Part shown: positions 30,121-37,840 of the stretch, piece after piece
Layout of the letters: every line of letters begins with the position of its first letter
How positions within the stretch are numbered: position 1 is the stretch's first letter
Notes under the pieces: model-generated
The model's database searches: none
What the model was told of the DNA's origin: nothing
Seen by the model: only the letters and a program-made list of their open reading frames with translations
Made by a program: the position numbers and the translations under genes
Assembly: GCA_947647555.1 (NCBI GenBank)
Contig: CANSKT010000002.1
Coordinates: forward strand, 12,967 to 76,966
Direction: 5' to 3'
Origin: an uncultured Peptococcaceae bacterium
Lineage (GTDB): Bacteria > Bacillota > Dehalobacteriia > UBA4068 > UBA4997
Length of the DNA: 64,000 nt

Positions 30121-30202
30121 TTTACTATCACCCTTTCCAATATAAGCTATCACCATTATAACACGCTAAAGCTACTTTTTCACCTTTTTTCCGAAATTAA
30201 TA

Positions 30203-30230
30203 AACACCCTCGCAATACACGAGGGTGTTT
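30203..30230 (-). terminator. hairpin terminator after the fumarate hydratase operon
   Basis: AAACACCCTCG...CGAGGGTGTTT inverted repeat just downstream of the fumarate hydratase beta stop. Confidence 0.45.
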
Positions 30231-30249
30231 AATTATTTGTTCAAAGTGA

Positions 30250-30807
30250 TTAATCTTTTTTATAAGGCAAACGGCCGGTTTCATAAAGATTGCCGCCCTG
30301 TGCGTCCACCGCCACAAAGCAAACCAAATCCTCAACTTCCAGCTTATGTATAGCCTCGGCGCCCAAATCCTCATAGGTGATAACCTCACAGGTTTTAACC
30401 GCCTTGGCAATAACTGCCGCTGCGCCGCCAATGGCCGCCAGATAAACGCCTTTATATTTCTGCATGGCCTCGATAACCTCTTTGGAGCGCGGACCTTTGC
30501 CAATCATGCCTTTCATGCCCTGCTCCAACATGGTGGGTGTGTAAGGGTCCATACGATAAGAAGTGGTAGGGCCGCAGGAGCCAATCGGCTGGCCGGGTTT
30601 GGCCGGGCTGGGCCCAACGTAATACATAATCTGGCCTTTAACGTCAATCGGCATCGGCTCATTGCGTTCCAGACATTCCACCAGACGTTTATGCGCTGCG
30701 TCACGGCCGGTATAAATAACGCCGCTGACGCTGACTACATCGCCGGCTTTCAGCTTCATCACGTCCTCATCGGTGAGGGGTGTTTTCAATTTGATAATTT
30801 CCGCCAT
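30250..30807 (-). CDS. class I (Fe-S) fumarate hydratase, beta subunit / C-terminal domain
   Basis: Fe-S hydro-lyase beta-type motifs (GRDAAHKRL, VGPSP). Confidence 0.85.
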   Translation of the reverse strand: MAEIIKLKTPLTDEDVMKLKAGDVVSVSGVIYTGRDAAHKRLVECLERNEPMPIDVKGQIMYYVGPSPAKPGQPIGSCGPTTSYRMDPYTPTMLEQGMKGMIGKGPRSKEVIEAMQKYKGVYLAAIGGAAAVIAKAVKTCEVITYEDLGAEAIHKLEVEDLVCFVAVDAQGGNLYETGRLPYKKD

Positions 30808-30822
30808 CGCAAATCGCCTCCC

Positions 30823-31668
30823 TTACAGTTCAATACTCTTATGTCTTTGGCTATGACAGTTCATGGTAACAAAAACCGGCAGAGAAGCAATATGACAGGG
30901 GAAATATTCCACATTCACCGCCAGCGCCGTGGTAACGCCGCCCAGACCCTGCGGGCCAACGCCCAGCTTATTGATGCGCTCCAGCAACTCGGTTTCCATT
31001 TTGGCATAATTCGGGTTGGGGTTATGCTCGCCAATTTCACGGTTCAGCGCCTTTTTGGAGAGATAAGCCGCATAATCAGCCGTGCCGCCCACGCCTACGC
31101 CTACGATAACCGGCGGACAGGGTTTGCCGCCAGCCACGTTAACCGTTTCTACAACAAAATCCATAACGCCTTGCAGACCGTCGGCCGGGCGCAGCATCTT
31201 AACCGCAGAACAGTTTTCCGCGCCGCCGCCCTTGGGCAGCAGGGTAATTTTCAGGCCGTCACCCTCGGTAATCTCGGTATGGATAACCGCCGGGGTGTTG
31301 TCTTTGGTGTTCACGCGCTCAAAAATCGGCTCGGCCACCATGGATTTGCGCAGGTAACCATTGGTATAGCCACGGCGTACGCCCTCATTAATCGCGTCTA
31401 CCATGCCGCCACCGGTAACTACCAGTTCCTGTCCCATTTCAATAATAAACAGCGCCGTGCCGGTATCCTGACAAAGCGGCATTTGTTCTTCTGCCGCCAC
31501 TTTATAGTTCTCGCAAACCTCGGCCAGAATATATTTGCCAATTTCTGACTCCTCCTGCTCAGAACGCGCTTTCAAAGCCGCTTTAACGTCCTCTGGCAGG
31601 TAATAAGCAGCGTCCATACAAAGCTTTTCCACAGCATCAGCAATCACGCTTGCCTGTAATTCTCGCAT
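30823..31668 (-). CDS. class I (Fe-S) fumarate hydratase, alpha subunit / N-terminal domain
   Basis: Fe-S hydro-lyase alpha-type motifs (CQDTGTA). Adjacent to the beta subunit gene. Confidence 0.85.
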   Translation of the reverse strand: MRELQASVIADAVEKLCMDAAYYLPEDVKAALKARSEQEESEIGKYILAEVCENYKVAAEEQMPLCQDTGTALFIIEMGQELVVTGGGMVDAINEGVRRGYTNGYLRKSMVAEPIFERVNTKDNTPAVIHTEITEGDGLKITLLPKGGGAENCSAVKMLRPADGLQGVMDFVVETVNVAGGKPCPPVIVGVGVGGTADYAAYLSKKALNREIGEHNPNPNYAKMETELLERINKLGVGPQGLGGVTTALAVNVEYFPCHIASLPVFVTMNCHSQRHKSIEL

Positions 31669-31704
31669 TAAAAATCACTCCTTATCTCATATATGGGTGG
31701 GGTG

Positions 31705-32886
31705 TTAGATACGCGCTACGCCGGAAGCCTTGGCCGCATCAGCCACAGCTTTGGCAATAACCGCCGCCACGTTCTTATCCAGCGCGCTGGGAATAATGTT
31801 CTCATTGTTCAGTTCAGCGTCCGGAATATAACCAGCCAGCGCCTTAGCCGCCGCCAGCTTCATTTCTTCATTAATATCAGAAGCGCGTACCGCCAGTGCG
31901 CCCTTGAAAAGGCCCGGGAATACCAGTACATTATTAATCTGATTGGGGAAATCAGAACGACCTGTACCGATTACCGCAGCACCGCCTGCTTTGGCCTCGT
32001 CGGGGAAAATTTCCGGTGTGGGATTAGCCATAGCAAAGATAATTGCGTCTTTAGCCATAGTTTTCACCATATCGGTGGTCAACAGACCGGGCTTGGATAC
32101 ACCAACGAAAACGTCAGAATCTTTAACTGCTTCAGCCAGACCACCGGTGCGTCCCTCATGGTTGGTCTGCGCCGCCAAATCCTTGTGGTTATCATTCAAC
32201 ATGGTAGCCGGAACATCTTTGTTGATAATGCCCTCCATGTCCACCAAGAACATATCTTTAACGCCCATTGCCAGAATAATCCGGGCAATGGCGGAACCAG
32301 CCGCACCACAACCGTTAATAACAATTTTCAAATCTTCCATCTTCTTGCCCACAACCTTGGCGGCATTGATGATGGCGCTTAAAACGCAAACGGCAGTGCC
32401 ATGCTGGTCATCATGGAAAATCGGAATATCTGTTTCTTCTTTCAGGCGCTGCTCAATATAGAAGCAACGGGGAGCCGCGATATCCTCAAGATTTACGCCG
32501 CCGAAAACCGGAGCAATATTTTTAACGATTTTGATAATTTCTTCATCGTCCTGGGTGTCAATACAAATCGGAAAAGCGTCTACATCAGCAAATTCCTTAA
32601 ACAGGATACTCTTACCCTCCATAACCGGAATTGCCGCCTTGGCGCCAATATTGCCCAAGCCCAAAACCGCGCTGCCGTCAGAAACCACAGCCACCAAATT
32701 GCCCTTGGCGGTGTATTTGTAAACATCATCTGCGTTATCGCGGATTTTGCGGCAAGGCTCCGCTACACCAGGAGTATAAGCAGTGCTTAAATCATCTCTG
32801 GTCTTAACCTCCACCTTGCTGACGACCTCGATTTTGCCCTGATGCTTTTCATGCATTTCCAGAGCCAGTTGGTTATAATCTGCCAT
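31705..32886 (-). CDS. NAD(P)-dependent malic enzyme (short form)
   Basis: Malic-enzyme N-terminal and NAD-binding motifs (YTPGVAEPC, VINGCGAAG). Confidence 0.85.
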   Translation of the reverse strand: MADYNQLALEMHEKHQGKIEVVSKVEVKTRDDLSTAYTPGVAEPCRKIRDNADDVYKYTAKGNLVAVVSDGSAVLGLGNIGAKAAIPVMEGKSILFKEFADVDAFPICIDTQDDEEIIKIVKNIAPVFGGVNLEDIAAPRCFYIEQRLKEETDIPIFHDDQHGTAVCVLSAIINAAKVVGKKMEDLKIVINGCGAAGSAIARIILAMGVKDMFLVDMEGIINKDVPATMLNDNHKDLAAQTNHEGRTGGLAEAVKDSDVFVGVSKPGLLTTDMVKTMAKDAIIFAMANPTPEIFPDEAKAGGAAVIGTGRSDFPNQINNVLVFPGLFKGALAVRASDINEEMKLAAAKALAGYIPDAELNNENIIPSALDKNVAAVIAKAVADAAKASGVARI

Positions 32887-33102
32887 TTTACATCTTCCTC
32901 TCTTTCATTTGCAGTTTTGCTGCAATTTTTTCAGGCAGAAGCGCCGGGCCGGTAAAAAAGCCTTTTACTTCTTCTCTACTTATATAATAAACTATTTACG
33001 CAACAATTACAACTTAAATTTTGCAAAATAGCAAGATTTTTTCTATTAACCAACAATTAAAATTACTAAACCTGCATAACTATGGCCGCTATGTTAATTA
33101 CA

Positions 33103-33867
33103 TTAAGTATTCTTTCTAAAATCCTTAACAAGGCAAAAAGAAGTTACACAAAATAAAATAATACATAAAATTTGAGATGTTGACATAAATGCTATTCCAC
33201 TACGTATTTCATCATACCTAAAAAATTCCAGGCAAAATCTACAAATGGAATATATTAATAAATACAGATAAAGACCACTATTATACCGTAATTTTTTACT
33301 GAATATCAAAAGAACAATGCCAAGCATAAGTTCAATAAACGCTTCAACTAATTGGACAGGAAATAATTCTACATTAACTGGTGCAAACTGTGAGTCAGTA
33401 TATGTAATAGACAACCAGCCTTCATATGGAATACCGTAACAGCAGCCAACCAAAAAACAACCAATTCGTCCGAACGCATGCCCAAAAGGTAAACAAGCAA
33501 TACAGGCCTGAATGTAAGGTTGCACGGAAATACCAAGATATTTATTGCAGATGTACAATGCTATAAGCAGACCAACAATTCCTCCCAGAAACACAAAGCC
33601 ACCATTCATTAATGAGTTCATATAAGACCAATCATTTAGTTTAGTAAAAATAATATATTTGTATGAAGTAATTAAATAAAGTATTTTAGCACAAATAATG
33701 CTTAAAAGTGCAGAAAAAGCACATATAATAATAAAATCATTTGCAACAAGCCCAAATCTTTTAATTTGTAAATACGAAATCGGAATATTTACCAAAATAC
33801 CGATAACAATCATCAACCCATAATAAGTAATAAAATGGGATAAAAACCAAAAACCAATTTGCTCCAT
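33103..33867 (-). CDS. lgt: prolipoprotein diacylglyceryl transferase-like protein (Lgt family, divergent GRIGCF..GCCYG variant) in an AT-rich islet
   Basis: Seven-TM architecture. The Lgt signature is present in variant form (HAFGRIGCFLVGCCYG instead of GRIGNFxNxE) with a conserved P.QL.E helix (FPVQLVEAFIELMLG). Its GC content is far below that of the flanking genes. Confidence 0.6.
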   Translation of the reverse strand: MEQIGFWFLSHFITYYGLMIVIGILVNIPISYLQIKRFGLVANDFIIICAFSALLSIICAKILYLITSYKYIIFTKLNDWSYMNSLMNGGFVFLGGIVGLLIALYICNKYLGISVQPYIQACIACLPFGHAFGRIGCFLVGCCYGIPYEGWLSITYTDSQFAPVNVELFPVQLVEAFIELMLGIVLLIFSKKLRYNSGLYLYLLIYSICRFCLEFFRYDEIRSGIAFMSTSQILCIILFCVTSFCLVKDFRKNT

Positions 33868-33963
33868 AAAATACACCTCAAAAAAACGATAGCCGCCCCT
33901 TTTTACATGATAGGAGCGGCGTACCATAATTTTATCCTTTGAACATAAACCGATTGTATGTTT

Positions 33964-34215
33964 TCATTGTGCCATAACAGCCAGGCCGCCAACGCACGCA
34001 ACACAAGCAATATAGAAAAGCAGGCACAGAATAGTTCCGATTATGGAACAAACCAATCCGGCCATAGCAATTCCATTAGGATTATTTTTTCTTGCAATAG
34101 CCCCAAGAATGATACCAATAATACCAATAATTGCACCCAGCCAGCCAATTGTTCCAGCCGTAAAGACGCCAAGAATAATCGACAAAATTCCCAAAACTAA
34201 TGAAGCAATTCCCAT
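33964..34215 (-). CDS. DUF4190-like small membrane protein
   Basis: 83 aa with two Gly/Ile-rich TM helices. AGGAGG RBS 8 nt upstream. Confidence 0.6.
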   Translation of the reverse strand: MGIASLVLGILSIILGVFTAGTIGWLGAIIGIIGIILGAIARKNNPNGIAMAGLVCSIIGTILCLLFYIACVACVGGLAVMAQ

Positions 34216-34485
34216 ATAAAATAACCTCCTAAAAATTTTTGTATCTCAGCAGCCGGAACACCAAAGGAGCGTTTTCTAGTGAAGGAGTTGGAATTCGCCC
34301 CTTGGTATTGGCCGCCAAGACAACAAAAAATACGCGCGCAGGCACAATTCACCCACACACGCATAGAAAACCCTTTTCAGGAGGGATTATACTTCTAAAG
34401 TGCAGCACCATACAACCGCTTGCAGTTTGCAAAAAAACGGTTAAAAAAACCTCTTGTAAAAAAGATACAGTTATACTATAATAAT

Positions 34486-34600
34486 AGTTGGTAGTGGCAC
34501 TTGCACAAAAAAGCAGTTGTGTATGGCTGGGCATGTCAGCCTGCATAGGGGGCGCTGAGGTATTTGCGGTACCTCAGCCCCTGCCGCTACTTTTTTTGTT
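34486..34600 (+). ncRNA. candidate small RNA (about 110 nt) with its own promoter and terminator
   Basis: TTGTAA, 17-nt spacer and TATAAT (about 34449-34478). A GGCTG...CAGCC hairpin and a long GGGGCGCTGAGGTA...TACCTCAGCCCC hairpin followed by TTTTTTT at about 34590-34600. No plausible ORF. Confidence 0.25.
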
Positions 34601-34747
34601 GCCCCGGTTACTACAAAAACAACGGGATACACCTTTATTATAATGCTAATAAATACATTTATCAAGATGTTTTTATAAGAAATTTAAATTTTTTTTCTCG
34701 CCGCCAGCTTGATTAAAATGGCAGGCAAAGCAAAAGGCAGATTTACA

Positions 34748-34776
34748 TTGACAAAATCTGCCTTTGAGAGTAAAAT
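34748..34776 (+). promoter_or_regulatory. sigma-A-type promoter for small ORF a
   Basis: TTGACA, 17-nt spacer and TAAAAT. Confidence 0.45.
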
Positions 34777-34843
34777 ATAAACAGGCACCACATAAGTTGG
34801 TAGGCGGTTAGCTGTTGACCCTCTTGCAAAGGAGGTGAGGCCT

Positions 34844-34930
34844 ATGCGAATAAGCTTTGATTTATGGTGTTTCCACATCATCATAAACATAAAGTTAAAA
34901 AAGCGTAGAAAAACCCGCCACTCGGCATAG
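34844..34930 (+). CDS. 28-aa peptide MRISFDLWCFHIIINIKLKKRRKTRHSA (type-I-toxin-like: hydrophobic N-terminus, poly-basic C-terminus)
   Basis: Strong RBS AAAGGAGGTGAGG 4 nt before the ATG and an upstream consensus promoter. A convergent perfect-consensus promoter lies 70 nt downstream on the opposite strand. Confidence 0.35.
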   Translation: MRISFDLWCFHIIINIKLKKRRKTRHSA

Positions 34931-34999
34931 TGACAGGTTTTAAGATTTAATAATTTGTTACAAAGGCTGGCCGCTTATCAGTGGTGCCTATCTATTAAT

Positions 35000-35028
35000 A
35001 TTATAGTGCAGTTTAGCCAATTTGTCAA
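35000..35028 (-). promoter_or_regulatory. perfect consensus sigma-A promoter on the minus strand (antisense to small ORF a)
   Basis: Minus-strand sequence reads TTGACA-aattggctaaactgcac-TATAAT with a 17-nt spacer. Confidence 0.5.
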
Positions 35029-35227
35029 CTATTAAAGCAACAAGCCAACATATTTTTTGTGCAGGCTTGTTTTTTTGTACGCTGTATGTTAGAATAAACC
35101 ATGAAAAGAGAATATTCGCTCAATATGCGGCTGCTCCCTCCAGGAACCACGACACGCAAGTGAAGTGCAGAGAGGGTGACGTATCCCCTCTCTCGCTTAC
35201 ATAGGAGAATAAAGGGGAGGTGTTGCA

Positions 35228-35323
35228 ATGATTTGGATAAACATTGCTGCCCTGATTATGCAGGCTATTCAGCTTGGCATACAGATAGCAGAGTTATTGA
35301 AGAAAAACAGCACACAAAAATAG
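35228..35323 (+). CDS. 31-aa peptide MIWINIAALIMQAIQLGIQIAELLKKNSTQK (type-I-toxin-like small hydrophobic peptide)
   Basis: RBS AAAGGGGAGG 7 nt before the ATG. The 5' UTR contains a GAGAGGG...CCCTCTC hairpin. A bidirectional terminator lies immediately 3', and a convergent perfect-consensus promoter lies 90 nt downstream. Confidence 0.4.
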   Translation: MIWINIAALIMQAIQLGIQIAELLKKNSTQK

Positions 35324-35356
35324 CCGCCTCTCGACCAAAGACCGCGGCTATTTTTT
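35322..35356. terminator. bidirectional rho-independent terminator
   Basis: AGCCGC...GCGGCT hairpin flanked by T/A runs on both strands. Confidence 0.55.
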
Positions 35357-35414
35357 AGCTCAAATCTGAGGAAACAATCGCTGCGAGCGATTACCTCTTT
35401 TCATTTCTATATAA

Positions 35415-35443
35415 ATTATAGTTCAGTTTAGCCAATTTGTCAA
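35415..35443 (-). promoter_or_regulatory. perfect consensus sigma-A promoter on the minus strand (antisense to small ORF b)
   Basis: Minus-strand sequence reads TTGACA-aattggctaaactgaac-TATAAT with a 17-nt spacer. About 30 bp are near-identical to the promoter at 35000-35028. Confidence 0.5.
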
Positions 35444-35485
35444 TAAATTTTGGAATTTCATTTGATTAAAGAGAGGAAAAATAAT

Positions 35486-37171
35486 ATGAAAATAGCCCTT
35501 GCCCAGATAAAAGTTCGCGCCGGACGGCCGGACATAAATTTTCAAAACATGCTGGATTTCTGCCGTCAGGCCGCCAAACAGCAGGCGGATTTAATCGTCT
35601 TTCCCGAGCTGGCCATGAGCGGCAGTTTTTTGGGTCAGGCCTGGGCCAGTCCCGGCTTGCTGGCTGAAATTCAGAAATTTAACCAGAAGTTGATTGCCGC
35701 CAGCAGTCAGCTGCATGAAGCCGTAATTGTATTCGGCAGTATCGGCATGGTTAAAACCCCGGACGGCAACAGTTCACCCACCAGCGCTATTTACGTGGCG
35801 CAAAACGGCGCGCAGCTTTCCTCACCGGCCGGCAGTTTCCGCGCCAAGGTAAATGGTCAGACGCTGGATTTTGCCCTGCTGACCGAGCAGCAAAGCCAGC
35901 CGGCCGCGCCTATTGTACTGAAGCTGGCCACCTCCTGTTTTGTGCAGGAAAAAACGCCGCAGTTTTACCAAAGCTTTGCCGCTTATGCCAAAACCTATGG
36001 CAAAACGCTGGTTTATGTTAACCACGTCGGCGTGCAGGACGCCGGCAAACCGGTCTATGTTTATGACGGCGCCAGCGCTGTTTTCAGCCCGGACGGCGAA
36101 CTGCTGGCTGCCGCGCCCCAGTTTGCGGAACATCTGCTGCTTTTCGATACGGAGCAGACACCAAAGCCGCTGGAACTGCCCAAAACCGACAGCACCGCCG
36201 CGCTTTATGACGGTCTGGTACATGCTATCCGCGAGTATTCGGCCAATTTGGGTATAAACCGGGCAGTAATCGGCCTATCCGGCGGTATCGACTCCTGCTT
36301 AAACGCCTGCCTGCTGACAGCCGCTTTGGGCAAGGAAAATGTTTTGGGTATCAATCTGCCCTCCCGTTATAATTCCGACGCCACCCGGGAATGTGCGGAA
36401 AAGCTGGCCGCCAATTTGGATATTCGTTATGAGGTGCTGCCCATTCAGGATATGGTAGACCAGCGCGCCGAACTGCTGGCCCAGCTTAACCTGCCCCTCT
36501 CCGCGGAAATGCTGGAAAATGTGCAGTCCCGGGAACGCGGCGCTGGCTTTTTGGCTGCGGCCGCGGCTGCTTTCGGCGGCGCGGTAATCTGTAATGGCAA
36601 CAAAAGCGAGTTTACAATCGGCTACGCTACCATGTACGGCGACGCTATCGGTTATTTTGCACCTCTGGGCGACCTCTGGAAATGCCAGATTTATGAAATT
36701 GCCCGGTATATTTATGAAACTTCTGGTCTGCTGCCGCTGGCGGCGTTGGAACTCCAGCCCAGCGCTGAACTTTCTGATGCGCAGGATATTGAAAAAGGCC
36801 TGGGCGACCCTCTTTGCTATGCTTACCATGATTATCTGTTCCGCAGTTGGGTGGAATGGGGTCAGGATATCACAGACAGTCTGACCTTTTATGAGCAGGG
36901 CAAGCTGGCCGAGGTTACCGGCTGCGGCACCGAGCAACTGCGCCAGCTTTTCCCGGACACTGAAAGTTTTCTGGCCGATTTGGAGCGTTGGTGGCAGTTA
37001 TATCGGGGGCTGGCTGTGGCCAAGCGTTTACAGGCGCCGCCGGTTCTTTCCCTCTCGCGCCGGGCGTTTGGCGCCGACCTGCCGGAAAGTCAGACCGGCT
37101 GCCATCTGGACGACGAATATTTAACCCTAAAAGCCAAAGTGCTGGCCAAAGCCGACCAGCTGGCATTTTAA
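35486..37171 (+). CDS. nadE: glutamine-dependent NAD+ synthetase (N-terminal nitrilase/CN-hydrolase domain + NAD synthetase domain)
   Basis: CN-hydrolase region (LIVFPELAMSG) and the NAD-synthetase P-loop (GLSGGIDS). GAGAGGA RBS. Confidence 0.9.
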   Translation: MKIALAQIKVRAGRPDINFQNMLDFCRQAAKQQADLIVFPELAMSGSFLGQAWASPGLLAEIQKFNQKLIAASSQLHEAVIVFGSIGMVKTPDGNSSPTSAIYVAQNGAQLSSPAGSFRAKVNGQTLDFALLTEQQSQPAAPIVLKLATSCFVQEKTPQFYQSFAAYAKTYGKTLVYVNHVGVQDAGKPVYVYDGASAVFSPDGELLAAAPQFAEHLLLFDTEQTPKPLELPKTDSTAALYDGLVHAIREYSANLGINRAVIGLSGGIDSCLNACLLTAALGKENVLGINLPSRYNSDATRECAEKLAANLDIRYEVLPIQDMVDQRAELLAQLNLPLSAEMLENVQSRERGAGFLAAAAAAFGGAVICNGNKSEFTIGYATMYGDAIGYFAPLGDLWKCQIYEIARYIYETSGLLPLAALELQPSAELSDAQDIEKGLGDPLCYAYHDYLFRSWVEWGQDITDSLTFYEQGKLAEVTGCGTEQLRQLFPDTESFLADLERWWQLYRGLAVAKRLQAPPVLSLSRRAFGADLPESQTGCHLDDEYLTLKAKVLAKADQLAF

Positions 37172-37255
37172 CATTTGCTGTATTTTTAGACAATTAAGCA
37201 GGATAATTTTTCATAATTTATCCTGCTTTTTTATGAAAAAAATCATAACAGGGTG

Positions 37256-37290
37256 TTGACAATAAAATAATAGCATGCTATAATAATCAA
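37256..37290 (+). promoter_or_regulatory. consensus promoter with an embedded palindromic operator upstream of marR
   Basis: TTGACA, 17-nt spacer and TATAAT. The palindrome ATAGCATGCTAT overlaps the spacer and the -10 element. Confidence 0.55.
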
Positions 37291-37309
37291 AAGCAAAGGA
37301 GGAGCAATC

Positions 37310-37735
37310 ATGGACTGGCAAAACAACTGCGGCGCTATGCTGAAGCAGCTGCATGATGAAATTGAAAGACGAGCCAACAATTCCTTGCGCTCTCAAAATC
37401 TGACATTGGCGCAAATGCACGTTCTGTTGCTGCTGCATGACGCTCCCAACCATCAGCTGCCCCTGAAAGATTTGGAGGCGCTAATGCACGTGGCGCAATC
37501 CACCACGGCCGGCATTGTCAGCCGTCTGCAAAAAAAGGAGTTGGTACAGGCGCTTGATGACGCGGCCGACCAGCGTATTAAAATTGTGCAGCTGACAGAA
37601 AGCGGTTTAAACTGCTGGCAAACCGCCAACAAACATATTACGGAAACTGAAGCCGCTCTTTTATCCGGTCTGACGGAAACTGAACAGGCAATTCTTATAA
37701 CCCTGCTCAAAAAGCTGCGCGATAATGTTTGTTAG
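37310..37735 (+). CDS. MarR-family transcriptional regulator
   Basis: Winged-HTH MarR pattern (LTLAQMHVLLLL...STTAGIVSRLQKKELV). Confidence 0.85.
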   Translation: MDWQNNCGAMLKQLHDEIERRANNSLRSQNLTLAQMHVLLLLHDAPNHQLPLKDLEALMHVAQSTTAGIVSRLQKKELVQALDDAADQRIKIVQLTESGLNCWQTANKHITETEAALLSGLTETEQAILITLLKKLRDNVC

Positions 37736-37784
37736 CTGAATTATTTTAATTTTATTTTTCTTTAATTCAACACCTTGCTATCAA

Positions 37785-37810
37785 TAGCATAATATTAATA
37801 TTATGCTATA
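37785..37810. promoter_or_regulatory. 26-bp perfect palindrome (ATAGCATAATATT/AATATTATGCTAT) upstream of the MATE gene; probable MarR operator
   Basis: Perfect inverted repeat. It shares the half-site ATAGCAT with the palindrome in the marR promoter. Confidence 0.5.
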
Positions 37811-37840
37811 TATTTATTAAAATTAAAAAGGAGAATTTAT

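Noticed and set aside
30346-31548. 400-aa plus-strand ORF antisense to the fumarate hydratase genes
   Set aside because: It fully overlaps two strongly supported minus-strand genes. Its composition is typical of antisense GC-rich frames, and it has no RBS or motifs.
34684-34890. 68-aa minus-strand ORF in the AT-rich islet
   Set aside because: The region is better explained by a plus-strand promoter, RBS and 28-aa peptide together with a convergent promoter. The minus-strand ORF has no RBS.
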